DNA of 64,000 bases from Comamonadaceae bacterium (GCA_947451385.1 CANFYZ010000004.1:9525-73524); one strand, 5' to 3'; positions 10,723 through 22,568 are shown, counted from the stretch's first letter. Made by a program: numbers and translations. Notes: a model not told the origin generated them from the letters alone.

Positions 10723-11775
10723 TCAGCGCGCCGCGCAGGCCCGGCTCATGCGCATGGCCAGGCGCTGCAGGGCTTGCCAGCCGTCGGTCGGCCACTCGGG
10801 CACTTTCAGACCTTTGACAATGCCGTCCACCTGGTGCGCGGCCAGCAGCATGCGGCCCAGGTTGGCCTCTGACAGGCGCGGCAAGATGCGTTCAAACAGC
10901 TTTTCTTTGGCGCCCCAGATGCGGTTCTCGCGCAAGGCCATGGGCAGGGGTCGGCCTGCGGCCATCGCGTCTTTCACGCGCTTGAGGGCACGAATGTCTT
11001 CGGCCAGGGTGTAGTGCACCAGCACCGCGGCCTCGCCCTCGGCCTGCAAGCCTTCGAGCATGCGCTGCACCCGCGCCACTTGGCCTGAGAGCACCGCCTC
11101 AGACAGCTTGAACACGTCGTAACGCGCCACATTCACCACCGCCTCTTCCACTTGGGCCTGGCTCAACTCGCCGGCCGGGTACAGCAAGCCGAGTTTTTGG
11201 ATTTCTTGGTGCGCAGCGAGCAAATTGCCTTCCACCCGGTCCGCAAAAAACTGCAGCGTGTGCTGCCCTTCCTCGCCGGCCGCCACGCGCTGGCCTTGGG
11301 CTTGCAAGCGCTGCGCGATCCACATCGGCAAGGCTGAACGCTCGACCGGCTCCACTTGCAAGGTGACACCAAAATTGTCCAGTGCGCCAAACCAAGCGCC
11401 CTTTTTGGTCGCAGCGTCCAGGCGCGGCAGCAAGAGCAGCGTCAAGGTGTCGGTGTTGCCCTGCGCGGTCTCGGCCAGATGCTGAATCGCCGCGCTGCCT
11501 TCTTTGCCCGGCTTCCCCGAAGGAATGCGGATCTCGACGATCTGCCGATCGGCAAACAAGCTGAGGGAACTGCCGCTGGCCAGTACCTCACTCCAGTCAA
11601 AATGCGCGCCCGCCACGCTGTGCACGCTGCGCTCGGTATAGCCTTGCGCGCGGGCCGCGCTGCGAATGGCATCGGCGGCCTCTTGCACCAACAAGGGCTC
11701 GTCACCGTGCACCGTGTACAGGCTGCGCAAACCCTTTTGCAGGTGTGTGCTCAGTTGCGGCAAGCCCAGTTGCAT
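10723..11775 (-). CDS. holA: DNA polymerase III subunit delta
   Basis: 350-aa ORF with a HolA-like N-terminus ([20 protein letters not shown]). Sits in the conserved leuS-lptE-holA order. Confidence 0.8.
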   Translation of the reverse strand: MQLGLPQLSTHLQKGLRSLYTVHGDEPLLVQEAADAIRSAARAQGYTERSVHSVAGAHFDWSEVLASGSSLSLFADRQIVEIRIPSGKPGKEGSAAIQHLAETAQGNTDTLTLLLLPRLDAATKKGAWFGALDNFGVTLQVEPVERSALPMWIAQRLQAQGQRVAAGEEGQHTLQFFADRVEGNLLAAHQEIQKLGLLYPAGELSQAQVEEAVVNVARYDVFKLSEAVLSGQVARVQRMLEGLQAEGEAAVLVHYTLAEDIRALKRVKDAMAAGRPLPMALRENRIWGAKEKLFERILPRLSEANLGRMLLAAHQVDGIVKGLKVPEWPTDGWQALQRLAMRMSRACAAR

Positions 11776-11778
11776 GGC

Positions 11779-12315
11779 TTACCAGGCCCGAACCGCGCCC
11801 AGTCGGCGCATGATTTGTTGCACGATGTCGGTCTGCATGTCGCGGTAAAGCGTGGCTTCTTCGATCTCTTTGGACAAGGCCACCGTCTCGGTGTAGCTGA
11901 GATCGCGTTGCTGAAACAGCTCCACATCCGGGATCAGCGCTTTGCCGGCGGGCGTGCGCAAGCGGAACTTGATGCGCAAGCGCAGTTGCTGTTCGCGCAC
12001 CTGGCCAGAGGCGTTCATGCCGACCACCACACGCTGACGCTCTTCCGAAAAAATGTCCAACACCACGTCCGACTTGAGCATCTCGGACGGATCTTTCGGT
12101 ACATCCAATTGCCCGGTAGCGAGCAGACTGCGTCGCATTTCTGTGCCCATGGACGAGTTGGCGGGCAAGGTCAGATACACCGTTTTGAAGGCAAATTGGG
12201 TGGGTTGGCGCAAGGTAAAACCGCAGCCGCTCAAGCTGGCGCTCAGCAGAGCGGCCGCCGCCAGCGGCAGGCCCAGACTGCAAGCGCGCAACAGCTGGCG
12301 GCGTTGCATGGTCAT
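11779..12315 (-). CDS. lptE: LPS-assembly lipoprotein LptE
   Basis: 178 aa, with a signal peptide and lipobox (LSASLSGC). Lies immediately downstream of leuS with a 4-nt overlap, the canonical position for lptE. Confidence 0.75.
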   Translation of the reverse strand: MTMQRRQLLRACSLGLPLAAAALLSASLSGCGFTLRQPTQFAFKTVYLTLPANSSMGTEMRRSLLATGQLDVPKDPSEMLKSDVVLDIFSEERQRVVVGMNASGQVREQQLRLRIKFRLRTPAGKALIPDVELFQQRDLSYTETVALSKEIEEATLYRDMQTDIVQQIMRRLGAVRAW

Positions 12316-15032
12316 ACCACCAGGTTCACCAAGCGACCGGGCACGACGATGACTTTTTTGGGTGCGGCACCAGCCGCTTGTTTCTGGAACTCTTCACTGG
12401 CGATGGCCGTTTGCTCAATCAAGGCCTTGTCAGCCGTGGCAGGGACCACAATGGCGCCGCGCAACTTGCCATTGATTTGCAGCATCAACTCGATCTCGTC
12501 GCGCAGCAAGGCCGTATCGTCCACCCCCGGCCACGCCACGTCCAACAAGTCACCGCAGCAGGCGGCATAACCTAATTCGGTCCACAGGGTAAAGGCAATG
12601 TGTGGGCAGACGGGGTACAGAACGCGCAGCATGATCGAGACACATTCGGCCAAGGCCGCCTCATCTTCGGTGCTGTCGCTCAAAGCGGCATCGTCCAAGG
12701 TGTTGAGCATCTTCATCAACGCCGACACCACGGTGTTGTACTGCATGCGCTCGTAGTCGTAATTGGCCTGCTTCAGCACGGTGTGAATATCGCGGCGCAA
12801 GTCTTTGGCGGCTTTGCCAAAGGTGACGGGCTGGCTGCGGTCCACCGCAATCCCCGCTTTCAAACGGGCCTCGTGCTTCACGGCGAAGTTCCAGACGCGA
12901 CGCAAAAAGCGGTAACTGCCTTCGACCCCCGCGTCGCTCCACTCCAAGGTGGCCTCGGGCGGCGAGGTGAACATGGTGTACAGCCGGGCGGTGTCGGCGC
13001 CGTATTTTTCAATCAGGTCTTGGGGGTCCACACCGTTGTTCTTGGACTTGGACATGGTGCCCACGCCCTCGTAATCAATGGCGGTGCCCACTGGCAATTT
13101 GCCGTCGCTGCTGTCGGCTTCGTTTTTGAGCTGGGCGCCCACCACTTTGCCCGCATCGTCGAGCACGTGCTCCACATCGTGCGGCCAGAAATAGTCTTTG
13201 CCCCCTTTGGCGGTGCGGCGCGAGTAAATGTGGTTCAGCACCATGCCTTGCGTGAGCAGTTTGCTGAAGGGCTCGTCCACCGTCACCAGGCCCATGTCGC
13301 GCATGACCTTGGTCCAAAAACGGGCGTACAGCAAGTGCAAAATCGCATGCTCGATACCACCAATGTATTGGTCCATGCCACTGCCGCCAGTGGCGGCTTG
13401 GAGGTCGCGCATCCAATACTGCGCGCCCTCGGCCACCATCGCCTCGGTGTTGTTGGGGTCGCAATAGCGCATGAAATACCAGGACGAGTCGACAAAAGTG
13501 TCCATGGTGTCGGTTTCGCGGCGCGCGGGTTGGCCGCACACCGGGCAGGTCACGCCCGCATGAAAGCCTTCGTGCTTGTGCAGCGGGTTGCCGGAGCCGT
13601 CAGGGATGCAATCTTGCGGCAGCACCACGGGCAGGTCTTTTTCAGGCACGGGCACCGCGCCGTGTTCTTCACAGTGGATGATCGGGATCGGCGTGCCCCA
13701 GTAACGCTGGCGGCTCACGCCCCAGTCACGCAGACGCCAGGTGGTTTTCTTTTCGCCCAAGCCTTTGGCGGCCAGCCACTCGGCCACTTTCGTGACGGCG
13801 GCTTTTTGATTCAAGCCATCAAGTTCGCCAGAGTTCACGCAAACGCCATTTTGTTTGTCGGCATACCATTCTTGCCATGCGGTGGCGTCAAAGGCCTGGC
13901 CTTTGACTGAGACCACCTGCTGGATCGGTAAGGCGTATTTCAATGCAAACGCGAAGTCCCGCTCATCGTGCGCGGGCACGCCCATGACCGCACCATCGCC
14001 GTAGGACATGAGCACATAGTTCCCCACCCACACTTCGACCTGCGCGCCGGTCAAAGGGTGCGTGACGAAGAGGCCGGTGGCCATGCCTTTTTTCTCTTGC
14101 GTGGCCAACTCGGCTTCGGTGGTGCCGCCGCTCTTGCATTCTTCCAAAAACGCCGCCAAAGCCGGGTTGCTTGCCGCCGCATGCAGCGCCAGCGGGTGCT
14201 CGGCAGCGACCGCGCAGAACGTGATGCCCATGATGGTGTCGGCGCGGGTGGTGAAGACATACATCTTGCCCTCGCCAATCAGCGCCCCATCGGCCCCAGC
14301 GATGTCGTGCGTGAAAGCAAAGCGCACGCCCTCCGACTTGCCGATCCAGTTTTCCTGCATCAAGCGCACTTTGTCGGGCCAGCCGTTCAGCGTGGCTTTG
14401 GGGTTGCCGATTTGCACGTGGTCAAGCAACTCTTGCGCGTAACGGGTGATGTCCAGGTAGTAGCCCGGAATTTCTCGCTTTTCCACCAGCGCACCGGTGC
14501 GCCAGCCCCGTCCGTCAATCACCTGCTCGTTGGCGAGTACCGTTTGGTCCACCGGGTCCCAATTGACGACTTGGGTCTTGCGGTAAGCGATGCCTTTTTC
14601 AAGCATCTTGAGGAACAGCCACTGGTTCCATTTGTAGTACGTCGGGTCGCAGGTGGCGACCTCGCGCGACCAGTCGATCGCCAAGCCCATGGCCTGCATC
14701 TGCTGCTTCATGTAAGCGATGTTTTCGTAGGTCCATTTGGCGGGCGGCACGCCGTTTTTGAGTGCCGCATTTTCGGCGGGCAAACCAAACGCATCCCAAC
14801 CCATGGGCATCAGTACATTGAAGCCCTTCATGCGCAGATAGCGCGTGAGCATGTCGTTGATGGTGTAGTTACGCACATGGCCCATGTGCAACTTGCCGCT
14901 GGGGTAAGGCAGCATGGAGCAGGCGTAATATTTCTGTTTAGATGCGTCTTCGGTCACGCGGTAAGCGTCCCGCGCGTTCCATTGGCCTTGCGCCGAGGGT
15001 TCGATGTCGAGGTGGTTGTACTTGTCTTGCAT
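12312..15032 (-). CDS. leuS: leucine--tRNA ligase
   Basis: 906-aa ORF with class I HIGH motif (HMGHVRNY) and KMSKS motif (GTMSKSKNN). Confidence 0.95.
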   Translation of the reverse strand: MQDKYNHLDIEPSAQGQWNARDAYRVTEDASKQKYYACSMLPYPSGKLHMGHVRNYTINDMLTRYLRMKGFNVLMPMGWDAFGLPAENAALKNGVPPAKWTYENIAYMKQQMQAMGLAIDWSREVATCDPTYYKWNQWLFLKMLEKGIAYRKTQVVNWDPVDQTVLANEQVIDGRGWRTGALVEKREIPGYYLDITRYAQELLDHVQIGNPKATLNGWPDKVRLMQENWIGKSEGVRFAFTHDIAGADGALIGEGKMYVFTTRADTIMGITFCAVAAEHPLALHAAASNPALAAFLEECKSGGTTEAELATQEKKGMATGLFVTHPLTGAQVEVWVGNYVLMSYGDGAVMGVPAHDERDFAFALKYALPIQQVVSVKGQAFDATAWQEWYADKQNGVCVNSGELDGLNQKAAVTKVAEWLAAKGLGEKKTTWRLRDWGVSRQRYWGTPIPIIHCEEHGAVPVPEKDLPVVLPQDCIPDGSGNPLHKHEGFHAGVTCPVCGQPARRETDTMDTFVDSSWYFMRYCDPNNTEAMVAEGAQYWMRDLQAATGGSGMDQYIGGIEHAILHLLYARFWTKVMRDMGLVTVDEPFSKLLTQGMVLNHIYSRRTAKGGKDYFWPHDVEHVLDDAGKVVGAQLKNEADSSDGKLPVGTAIDYEGVGTMSKSKNNGVDPQDLIEKYGADTARLYTMFTSPPEATLEWSDAGVEGSYRFLRRVWNFAVKHEARLKAGIAVDRSQPVTFGKAAKDLRRDIHTVLKQANYDYERMQYNTVVSALMKMLNTLDDAALSDSTEDEAALAECVSIMLRVLYPVCPHIAFTLWTELGYAACCGDLLDVAWPGVDDTALLRDEIELMLQINGKLRGAIVVPATADKALIEQTAIASEEFQKQAAGAAPKKVIVVPGRLVNLVV

Positions 15033-15101
15033 GGTGCAAATTGTAGGGGCTTGGCCTGGGGTCTCAGGCGCTGCGCGCGGAGGCCGCGAAATTGACAGAT
15101 T

Positions 15102-15533
15102 TCAGCGCGCGACGGCGGCGACAGGGGCCTCGGCGACGAAACCCATCCGGGATAAACCGGCTTTTTGCGCCACCCCCATGACTTCGACCACACGGCCATA
15201 AGGCACCGCTTGGTCGGCGCGCAATTGCACCTCGGTGTCCGGTCGTTGCGAGGCCACCGCTTGCAGCCGCGATGCCAACTCAGGCAGGCCCACCGCTTGG
15301 TCGTTGAAAAAGACCTGCCCTTGGCCGTTGACCACCAAGCTCACGGCCAACGGTGCTTGCCCTGCCTGCGCGCCCTCTGTTTTGGGCAGCTCTAAGCGGA
15401 TCGCGCTGGTCAGCAAAGGCGCGGTCAAAATAAAGATCACCAGCAGCACCAGCATCACGTCCACCAAAGGGGTGACGTTGATATCGCTCAGGGGCGCATG
15501 GGAGCGCGAACGTTCTAGGCGTCCAAAAGCCAT
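15102..15533 (-). CDS. exbD: biopolymer transporter ExbD/TolR family
   Basis: 143 aa with N-terminal INVTPLVDVMLVLLVIF, typical of ExbD/TolR. Directly downstream of an ExbB-like gene. Confidence 0.8.
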   Translation of the reverse strand: MAFGRLERSRSHAPLSDINVTPLVDVMLVLLVIFILTAPLLTSAIRLELPKTEGAQAGQAPLAVSLVVNGQGQVFFNDQAVGLPELASRLQAVASQRPDTEVQLRADQAVPYGRVVEVMGVAQKAGLSRMGFVAEAPVAAVAR

Positions 15534-15535
15534 GC

Positions 15536-16177
15536 TCAGGCCTCGCCGCTCAACAGGGCGCGCAGGTCCTGGGCAAAGCCTTCCAACTGGGCTTCAATGC
15601 GACCGACCTGCCGACCCATGATGTTGTAGGCCAGCACCGCCGGAATCGCCACCGCCAAGCCTGTGGCGGTCATGACCAAAGCTTCACCAACCGGACCCGC
15701 GACTTTGTCGATGGTGATTTGCCCGGCTTCGGCCATGCCGGTGAGCGCATTGAAAATACCCCACACGGTGCCCAGCAAACCAATGAAGGGCGAGGTGGAA
15801 CCGGCCGTCGCCAGCAACAATTGGCCCCATTGCAGCCGTTGGACCGTCAAGTCCAAGGCATCACGCAGCACACGGGTCAGCTGCGCCGAGCGATCCCCCG
15901 CCGCCGCCAGGGTGCCGCCCAGCGGCAACAAGCTGACCGAGAGCAAAGGGCTGACACAGCCGTCCCGGTCAAAATGCGCCACCTGCTGGGTGGCACGCTC
16001 AAAATCAGGGGCTTGCCAAAAGGCGGCGATGCTGCGCGTCACATCGGCTTGCACGCGCCGCAGCAAGCGCCATTTCCAGGCGATGACCACCCAGCAGGCC
16101 ATGGACAGGGCCAACAGCAACAGGGCCAGGCTTTGGGTCAGAGAGTCGCCGTGGGCTACCGAGTCAAGCCAAATCAC
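15536..16177 (-). CDS. exbB: MotA/TolQ/ExbB proton-channel family protein
   Basis: 213 aa, three predicted TM segments, conserved C-terminal region (GLLGTVWGI...AGPVGEALVMTATGLAVAIPA). Confidence 0.8.
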   Translation of the reverse strand: MIWLDSVAHGDSLTQSLALLLLALSMACWVVIAWKWRLLRRVQADVTRSIAAFWQAPDFERATQQVAHFDRDGCVSPLLSVSLLPLGGTLAAAGDRSAQLTRVLRDALDLTVQRLQWGQLLLATAGSTSPFIGLLGTVWGIFNALTGMAEAGQITIDKVAGPVGEALVMTATGLAVAIPAVLAYNIMGRQVGRIEAQLEGFAQDLRALLSGEA

Positions 16178-16201
16178 AATGCGCCGCCTGGGTGTTCAGA
16201 C

Positions 16202-17017
16202 TCAGCGCAGGCCGAGCACATCGAACATGTCGAACAGGCCACGCTCTTGCGTCGCCAAAAACCGCACCGCGCGCAAGCTGCCCTGCGCATAAGTGGCCCG
16301 GCTCGACGACTTGTGCGTCACCTCGATGCGCTCGCCGGTACCCGCAAACAGCACCGTGTGATCACCCACAATGTCGCCGCCGCGGATGGTGGCAAAACCG
16401 ATGCTCGACGGGTCGCGCTCACCGGTCACCCCTTCGCGCGCATAGACAGCGCAGTCTTTCAAATCCCGGCCCAAAGCATCGGCAATCACCTCGCCCATTT
16501 TCAGGGCCGTGCCCGACGGGGCATCCACCTTGTGGCGATGGTGCGCCTCGATGATTTCAATGTCGTAGCCGGTGGCCAGCGCTTTAGCGGCCATCTCCAG
16601 CAGTTTCAAGGTCACGTTCACGCCCACGCTCATATTGGGCGCCATGACGATGGCGATATCTTGGGCAATTTCAGCGATCTCTGCTTTTTGCGCGTCAGAG
16701 AAACCGGTCGTGCCGATCACGGCTTTCACACCCAGCGCCCGGCACACCTGCAAATGGGCCAGGGTGCCCTCAGGCCGGGTAAAGTCGATCAAAAATTGGG
16801 CGCCCTGCAGGCCTTGCGGCACATCGGCCGTCACCAACACACCGCTGGCTTGGCCTGTCCAGGCGCTGGCATCTTGCCCCAGCGCCGGGCTGCTGGCCAT
16901 GTCCAAAGCACCCGTCAAGCGGCAGTCGTCTGACTGACCGATCGCCTCGATCAGCATATGGCCCATGCGGCCAGTGGCACCGGCCACCGCAATGGCCAAA
17001 GAAGTCGTAGAAGGCAT
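16202..17017 (-). CDS. dapB: 4-hydroxy-tetrahydrodipicolinate reductase
   Basis: The track ORF starts at a TTG (17029). The ATG at 17015-17017 gives [19 protein letters not shown] (NAD-binding motif). DapB motif [15 protein letters not shown] is present. Confidence 0.9.
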   Translation of the reverse strand: MPSTTSLAIAVAGATGRMGHMLIEAIGQSDDCRLTGALDMASSPALGQDASAWTGQASGVLVTADVPQGLQGAQFLIDFTRPEGTLAHLQVCRALGVKAVIGTTGFSDAQKAEIAEIAQDIAIVMAPNMSVGVNVTLKLLEMAAKALATGYDIEIIEAHHRHKVDAPSGTALKMGEVIADALGRDLKDCAVYAREGVTGERDPSSIGFATIRGGDIVGDHTVLFAGTGERIEVTHKSSSRATYAQGSLRAVRFLATQERGLFDMFDVLGLR

Positions 17018-17061
17018 GATGTCAGTCAATGAAAGCCGTTTGGCGAAAAAGCCCTGCCGCC

Positions 17062-17616
17062 TCAGCGCGCATCAGGCTCCAGGGGCGGGTAACTGCTGGG
17101 CAAAGGCAAAGGGGCCGTGAAAGGAACGGGGGTGGCGGCTTTGGCCGGCGGGAATTTACGTAAATCTTCTTCCCTGGCCTGCAACAGGGGCGGAGTGCTT
17201 AACTTTTTGTCGCCCACCAAGCGTTGCACAAATTCATTTTCGCTGGGCAGTTCATCGCCATCGATCTGCGACAAAGTGTCAGCCTTGAACAGCACCGTCA
17301 ATTTGAAACTTTGCGGCGCCACGCCTTGGCGTCGGATGGTGAAAACGTAATCCCAGCGGTCCCCGTGAAACAGACTGGACACCAGGGGCGTTCCTAAAAT
17401 TTCTTTCACCTGTGCCCGCGCCATGCCCAACCGGAGCGCCTGGCGCTGCTCGCGCGATACAAAATTGCCTTGAACCACTTCCGGCTTGTACAACCCAAAC
17501 TGCTCCAGATTCACATGGGGGCTTACCAACGAACAAGCGGACAAGCCCACGGCAACCGCCAGCCCCAGCATCAGACGCAGGAACCAAGAATAGGGAAAAG
17601 ACTGATAAGCTGTCAT
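17062..17616 (-). CDS. bamE: outer membrane protein assembly factor BamE (SmpA/OmlA)
   Basis: The ATG at 17614-17616 gives a signal peptide with lipobox (GLSAC). SmpA/OmlA-like core ([14 protein letters not shown]). Lies in the conserved fur-bamE-dapB neighbourhood. Confidence 0.75.
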   Translation of the reverse strand: MTAYQSFPYSWFLRLMLGLAVAVGLSACSLVSPHVNLEQFGLYKPEVVQGNFVSREQRQALRLGMARAQVKEILGTPLVSSLFHGDRWDYVFTIRRQGVAPQSFKLTVLFKADTLSQIDGDELPSENEFVQRLVGDKKLSTPPLLQAREEDLRKFPPAKAATPVPFTAPLPLPSSYPPLEPDAR

Positions 17617-17698
17617 GAATGCGTGCAAGCCCTGTGATCAAGTCATTGTAGCGGCACGCCTGCTCCACTTGGCCCGCTTTTGGAATTGCCTTTTCTCT

Positions 17699-18130
17699 AT
17701 GGACCATTCAGACGAACTCAAAAACACAGGCCTGAAAGTCACCCTGCCTCGCCTGAAAATTCTGGATGTCTTTCAAAAAGGGGGGCAGCGGCACATGACC
17801 GCTGAAGACGTGTTCAGGTATTTGCTGGCCGAAAATGCCGATATCGGACTGGCCACGGTCTACCGGGTACTGATGCAGTTTGAGCAGGCCGGCATTTTGA
17901 GCCGCAACCATTTTGAGAGCGGCAAGGCCGTTTATGAGCTGAATGAAGGTCAGCACCACGACCATATGGTCTGCCTTGATTGCGGCAAAGTGGAAGAGTT
18001 TTACGACCCTGAAATTGAGCAGCGCCAGCAAGCCGTGGCGCTGGCCAAAGGCTTTGTCATCGCTGACCACGCGCTGAGCTTGTACGCACACTGTACGCGC
18101 CAGCCCTGCCCGCACCGGATCAGCAATTAG
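17699..18130 (+). CDS. fur: ferric uptake regulator
   Basis: Trimmed to the ATG at 17699 ([22 protein letters not shown]). Fur metal-site motifs HHDHMVC and CxxC are present. Confidence 0.9.
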   Translation: MDHSDELKNTGLKVTLPRLKILDVFQKGGQRHMTAEDVFRYLLAENADIGLATVYRVLMQFEQAGILSRNHFESGKAVYELNEGQHHDHMVCLDCGKVEEFYDPEIEQRQQAVALAKGFVIADHALSLYAHCTRQPCPHRISN

Positions 18131-18157
18131 CCCAACGGCCTCTCGCTCCCCGCTGCG

Positions 18158-19111
18158 TTACACGTTGCCTGAAAGCATGGCGCGGCGTTGGCGCTCCATG
18201 AAATCTTGGTAGGTGTCGATGCCGCGCATCTGCAAAATCGTGTTCCGCACAGCGGCCTCAACCAACACCGCAATGTTTCGGCCCGCCACCACCTGAATCA
18301 CCACCTTGCGCACCGCAATGCCGAGGACATCTTGGGTCAAGGGCTCGGTTGGCAAACGCTCATAGTCGCGCTCAAAACTTTCCTTGCGCACCAAATGGAC
18401 GATCAGTTTCAAGCGCATTTTGCGGCGCACCGCGGTCTCACCAAAAATGCCGCGGATGTCCAGCAAACCAATGCCGCGGACCTCCAACAAGTTTTCGAGC
18501 AACTCCGGGCAACGCCCTTCAATGGTGGTCTGGTTGATGCGGAAAAGGTCCACGGCATCGTCGGCCACCAAACCATTGCCGCGTGAAATCAACTCCAAGC
18601 CCAGCTCGCTTTTACCCAGGCCTGACTCGCCTGTGATCAGCACACCCAAGCCCAAAATGTCCATGAACACGCCGTGCATGGTGGTGCGGTCGGCAAAGTG
18701 CTTGGACAAATACGCCCGCAAGACATCGATAACAAACGCCGACGACTCGCGGGTGGAGAACATCGGGATCTGGGCTCGCTCGCACATCGACAGCAGCGCG
18801 TCCGGCGCCACCTGGTCATCGGCCAGCACCACGACCGGCGGTTCCAGCGTCACGATGCGGGCAATACGGCGGGCGCAGTCTTCGGGGGTGGAGTTCACCA
18901 GGTAGGCAATTTCCCGCTCGCCCAAAATTTGCACCCGGTAGGGGTGGATGTAATTGAGGTAACCGACCAGATCAGCGCCGGAACGGGCCGCGCGCACAGC
19001 CACTTCGTCAAAGCGGCGTTCAGAAGCACCCAGCCCCGCAATCCATTGCCACTTGAGCTTGCCTCGATGGTCTTCGAACAAGACATCGGCACTGACCACG
19101 GTAGGTTTCAT
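18158..19111 (-). CDS. hprK: HPr kinase/phosphorylase
   Basis: Trimmed to the ATG at 19109-19111. Walker A-like GESGLGKSE and HprK signature regions. Follows ptsN. Confidence 0.85.
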   Translation of the reverse strand: MKPTVVSADVLFEDHRGKLKWQWIAGLGASERRFDEVAVRAARSGADLVGYLNYIHPYRVQILGEREIAYLVNSTPEDCARRIARIVTLEPPVVVLADDQVAPDALLSMCERAQIPMFSTRESSAFVIDVLRAYLSKHFADRTTMHGVFMDILGLGVLITGESGLGKSELGLELISRGNGLVADDAVDLFRINQTTIEGRCPELLENLLEVRGIGLLDIRGIFGETAVRRKMRLKLIVHLVRKESFERDYERLPTEPLTQDVLGIAVRKVVIQVVAGRNIAVLVEAAVRNTILQMRGIDTYQDFMERQRRAMLSGNV

Positions 19112-19127
19112 GGCACCCGAAAAAAGT

Positions 19128-19595
19128 TTAGACGGTTTGGGCGGACTGCCAAGTGGCAATCAAAGCGTGCAGCGACGCTTGGTCGGGACTGGTCTTGATC
19201 TTCTCACGCAAGGCGGCGTCACTGAGCAGCTCGGCAATTTCTGACAGGATTTCTAAATGCTTTTGCGTGGCCGCCTCAGGCACCAGCAAAAAAATCAGCA
19301 AGCTCACCGGCTGTTCATCCGGGGCGTCAAAGCCAATGGCTTGGGCCAATTGGAACACTGCCGCCATCGGCGACTTCAGCCCTTTGATGCGCCCATGGGG
19401 AATGGCCACACCATGGCCTAAACCGGTCGAGCCCAGCCGTTCACGGGCAAACAGGCTGTCAGTGACCAAAGCCCGCGACAGGCCGTGCAGGTTTTCAAAC
19501 AACAGCCCCGCTTCTTCAAAAGCGCGCTTTTTGCTGGTCGCCTCAAGGCCGACGAGGACTTGAGCAACCGGAAGGATGGAGGAAAGGCGGTTCAT
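19128..19595 (-). CDS. ptsN: PTS IIA-like nitrogen regulatory protein PtsN
   Basis: Trimmed to the ATG at 19593-19595. EIIA(Ntr) phosphorylation-site region [12 protein letters not shown]. Confidence 0.85.
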   Translation of the reverse strand: MNRLSSILPVAQVLVGLEATSKKRAFEEAGLLFENLHGLSRALVTDSLFARERLGSTGLGHGVAIPHGRIKGLKSPMAAVFQLAQAIGFDAPDEQPVSLLIFLLVPEAATQKHLEILSEIAELLSDAALREKIKTSPDQASLHALIATWQSAQTV

Positions 19596-19663
19596 TTCGA
19601 ATCGGATTATGCACCCACCCAAGGGTTTCCCATTAAGACCCCTGTTTACAGGCTGTCACCTAT

Positions 19664-19689
19664 GCAAAAGGCCGCTTTGCAGCGGCCTT
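19664..19689 (-). terminator. putative rho-independent terminator after hpf
   Basis: 8-bp stem AAGGCCGC/GCGGCCTT (19668-19675 and 19682-19689) with a 6-nt loop. On the minus strand it is followed by TTTTG. Confidence 0.5.
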
Positions 19690-19711
19690 GAACGGGTCAT
19701 TTCAAAAAAGC

Positions 19712-20041
19712 TCACATCATGCGCTTTGGGGCTTCATGGTGGTGATTGGTCAATTTGGTCTTGTGCCGCACCACTTGTCGATCGAGTTTGTCCACCAGCT
19801 CATCGACGGCCGCATACAGGTCTTCATGCGCACTTTCTGCAAACAAATCACTGCCTTTGACGTGGATATTGCATTCGGCCCGTTGTCGTTTTTCCTTTTC
19901 CTTTTGCTTTTCAACGGTCAGGAGCACCTTGACATCGACCACCTGGTCAAAGTGGCGGGTGATGCGGTCCAATTTGCCGGTCACATACGATCGCAATGCG
20001 GGGGTGACCTCCAGGTGGTGTCCACTGATTGTCAAATTCAT
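19712..20041 (-). CDS. hpf: ribosome hibernation promoting factor (sigma-54 modulation protein family)
   Basis: 109 aa starting [20 protein letters not shown]..., typical of HPF/YhbH. Upstream of ptsN-hprK. Confidence 0.85.
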   Translation of the reverse strand: MNLTISGHHLEVTPALRSYVTGKLDRITRHFDQVVDVKVLLTVEKQKEKEKRQRAECNIHVKGSDLFAESAHEDLYAAVDELVDKLDRQVVRHKTKLTNHHHEAPKRMM

Positions 20042-20224
20042 ACTCGTAGCCTCCTGCTCTTTCTGGGTTGGAAAAATTGAACCTTGACTTCACTATGCGC
20101 CCCCGATGGGATTAACACAAGGGCGTTGGGGGTACCCCCTCAAAAAGGTCCGATTTCGATCTGAAACCGCCAATTCAGTGCTAAGCTGTGAGGCGAAGCT
20201 CAACACGAGCCATCCACCATTGCC

Positions 20225-21409
20225 TTGCATCTGGACGCCCTGAACCCCTCTGTTCTTTCCACTGAAAGGAGCGCCTTGGTCCTCATGGGTGGGGGTGCCC
20301 GCACCGCCTACCAAGCCGGCGCCTTGCAGGCGCTGAGCGCCCTGCTTCCGACTCCGCAACGATTCCCTTTTGACATTCTGGTGGGTACCTCGGCCGGTGC
20401 CTTGAATGCGAGCTTTCTCGCCGGTCAAGCCCAACACGGCGCGCAGGCCTTTGCGCAGTTGGCGCAGTTTTGGACCCGCATTCGATCTGAAGCGGTGTAC
20501 CGGCTGCCCCCCACCCCTTTGAGCCGATTCAGCCGATGGGCAACGGCTTTGGGTGTGACTTTGACGGCACGCAAACAAGGTGCGGCGTTGGACAACATGC
20601 CTTTGGTCGACACCCTGCACCACGCTATCGACCTGACGGGCATCGACGAAGCTTTAAACAGCGGCGCGCTGCATGCCCTGGCGGTCACCGCCTCCAGCTA
20701 TTCCAGCGGCGTGCATTGGACTTTTTGCCACACCGCGGAAAACCTGGGTGCCACACCCTGGAGCCGTCCGGGCCGCCGAGCGGAGATGCAACCGATCACC
20801 ATCGAACATCTGATGGCCTCGAGTGCGATTCCCTTCATCTTTCCGGCCACCCCGTTGTGGGTCGATCACGGGGTCGAGTATTTTGGCGATGGCTCCATGC
20901 GCCAGATCTCGCCCCTGGCGCCGGCGGTGCACATGGGCGCCACGAAAATCCTGGCCATCGGTGTAGGTCAGCCCCAACGGGGCGCCTTGATCCTGAATGC
21001 CACGCCACACCACCCGCCCACGCTGGGAACGATCGCCGGTCACGCCATGGCCAGCGTCTTTCATGACACCTTGCAAGCCGATGTGGAGCAACTGGAGCGC
21101 GTCAACGCCACCGTGGCCGAGTTGAACGCGGGCGTGCGTGACCAATTGCCCTTCAAGCAAGTGCAGGTTTTGTCCTTGCAGCCCAGTGCTTCGCTGGATG
21201 CTTTGGCGCAAGCCCATGTGCATGAATTGCCCGCCGATCTGCACCGGGTGCTGGACGGGCTGGGCGCGCTGAGGGGCGGTGGCGCAGCGCTGAGCAGTTA
21301 TTTGCTGTTCGAGCCCGGTTTTGTGCAGGCCCTGATGCGCATGGGCGCGGCCGATGTGATGGCGCGCCGTGACGAATTTGTGACATTTTTAACGCCCACG
21401 AACACATGA
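20225..21409 (+). CDS. patatin-like phospholipase family protein
   Basis: 394 aa. Oxyanion motif MGGGARTAY and nucleophile elbow GTSAGA near the N-terminus, with a later DG motif (FGDGSM). Confidence 0.8.
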   Translation: MHLDALNPSVLSTERSALVLMGGGARTAYQAGALQALSALLPTPQRFPFDILVGTSAGALNASFLAGQAQHGAQAFAQLAQFWTRIRSEAVYRLPPTPLSRFSRWATALGVTLTARKQGAALDNMPLVDTLHHAIDLTGIDEALNSGALHALAVTASSYSSGVHWTFCHTAENLGATPWSRPGRRAEMQPITIEHLMASSAIPFIFPATPLWVDHGVEYFGDGSMRQISPLAPAVHMGATKILAIGVGQPQRGALILNATPHHPPTLGTIAGHAMASVFHDTLQADVEQLERVNATVAELNAGVRDQLPFKQVQVLSLQPSASLDALAQAHVHELPADLHRVLDGLGALRGGGAALSSYLLFEPGFVQALMRMGAADVMARRDEFVTFLTPTNT

Positions 21410-21457
21410 TCCGGTGCGATAATCGCGCCACTTGATTTGATGGAGACACCCACCGTG

Positions 21458-21483
21458 GAAAGCTACCCCAGTTGGTAGCTTTC
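21458..21483 (+). terminator. hairpin downstream of the patatin gene (possible terminator)
   Basis: Perfect 10-bp stem GAAAGCTACC/GGTAGCTTTC with a 6-nt loop. There is no following T-tract, so intrinsic-terminator function is uncertain. Confidence 0.35.
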
Positions 21484-21579
21484 GGATGATTCAGGTCTGA
21501 CCCGCGTCGTTCGAAAGCTGCCGTGCCCCTTTTGCCGCCTTTTTGAATCACTCGGGTCACCGACCTTTGTTCATCTGCC

Positions 21580-22566
21580 ATGCTCAATATTTTCACTTTG
21601 GCCAATGGCCGCCTCTTCCAAGAAGAGATCGAATCCCTGGAAGAGCTCTCCAAGTTCCAACCCATTTGGGTCGACTTGGAGTCCCCCACCCTCGAAGAAA
21701 AGCGCTGGATCAAACAGTACTACGGCCTGTCCATCCCGGAAGACGCGATGGACGAGGACATCGAGGAATCGGCCCGCTTTTACGAAGAAGACAACGGCGA
21801 ATTGCACATTCGCAGTGACTTTTTGATCGCCGACGAAGACGAGCCACGCACCGTGCGCTGCGCTTTCATCTTGAACCAACACAACGCCGATCTGCGCAGC
21901 CGCGGCGTGCTGTTTTCTATCCACGACGAAGACGTGCCGGTGTTTCGCCTGCTGCGCCTGCGTGCGCGCCGTGCGCCCGGCCTGATCGAAGACGACAAAG
22001 ACGTGTTGCTGAAACTGTTTGATGCGGACGCGGAATACTCGGCCGACACGCTCGAAGGCATTTACGACGAGCTGGAAATCGCCGGCAAACAAGTGTTGTC
22101 GGGGGACGTGACCGACGCACTGGCCGGTGAGGTGCTGGGCGCGATTGCGCGGCAGGAAGACTTGAACGGCCGCATTCGCCGCAACGTGATGGACACGCGC
22201 CGTGCGGTGAGCTTCATGATGCGCTCCAAAATGCTCAACGGCGAGCAATTTGAAGAAGCCCGGCAAATTTTGCGCGACATCGAATCACTCGACTCGCACA
22301 CCGCGTTCTTGTTCGACAAGATCAACTTCTTGATGGACGCCACCGTGGGTTTCATCAACATCAACCAAAACAAGATCATCAAGATCTTCTCGGTGGCCAG
22401 CGTGGCGTTGCTGCCACCCACCTTGATCGCCAGCCTGTACGGCATGAACTTTCAGTACATGCCCGAGCTGTCGCAACCTTGGGGCTACCCCTATGCCTTG
22501 GCCCTGATGGCGGCCAGCGCTGTGGTGCCGATGTGGTACTTCCGGCGTCGGGGCTGGCTCAAATAA
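21580..22566 (+). CDS. corA: magnesium/cobalt transporter CorA
   Basis: 328 aa with the C-terminal YGMNF signature (ASLYGMNFQYMPEL) followed by the last TM helix. Confidence 0.9.
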   Translation: MLNIFTLANGRLFQEEIESLEELSKFQPIWVDLESPTLEEKRWIKQYYGLSIPEDAMDEDIEESARFYEEDNGELHIRSDFLIADEDEPRTVRCAFILNQHNADLRSRGVLFSIHDEDVPVFRLLRLRARRAPGLIEDDKDVLLKLFDADAEYSADTLEGIYDELEIAGKQVLSGDVTDALAGEVLGAIARQEDLNGRIRRNVMDTRRAVSFMMRSKMLNGEQFEEARQILRDIESLDSHTAFLFDKINFLMDATVGFININQNKIIKIFSVASVALLPPTLIASLYGMNFQYMPELSQPWGYPYALALMAASAVVPMWYFRRRGWLK

Positions 22567-22568
22567 GG

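Noticed and set aside
17617-17698. Search for a Fur box in the fur-bamE divergent region and upstream of exbB
   Set aside because: No 19-bp GATAATGATAATCATTATC-like palindrome was seen. exbB is only 24 nt downstream of dapB and is probably co-transcribed with it.
20128-20139. 12-bp perfect palindrome GGGGGTACCCCC in the hpf-patatin intergenic region
   Set aside because: It occurs only once in the window and has no second half-site or associated regulator. It is too short to assign a function.
20225-21409. Patatin-like phospholipase as the effector of a CBASS-type or other defence system
   Set aside because: No cyclase/nucleotidyltransferase, sensor or other defence partner is adjacent. Its neighbours are hpf and corA, so it is treated as a stand-alone lipase.
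21410-21579. Possible Mg-sensing leader or riboswitch upstream of corA
   Set aside because: Only a single perfect hairpin (21458-21483) was seen. It is better explained as the 3' structure of the patatin transcript. I do not recognise any known riboswitch consensus here.
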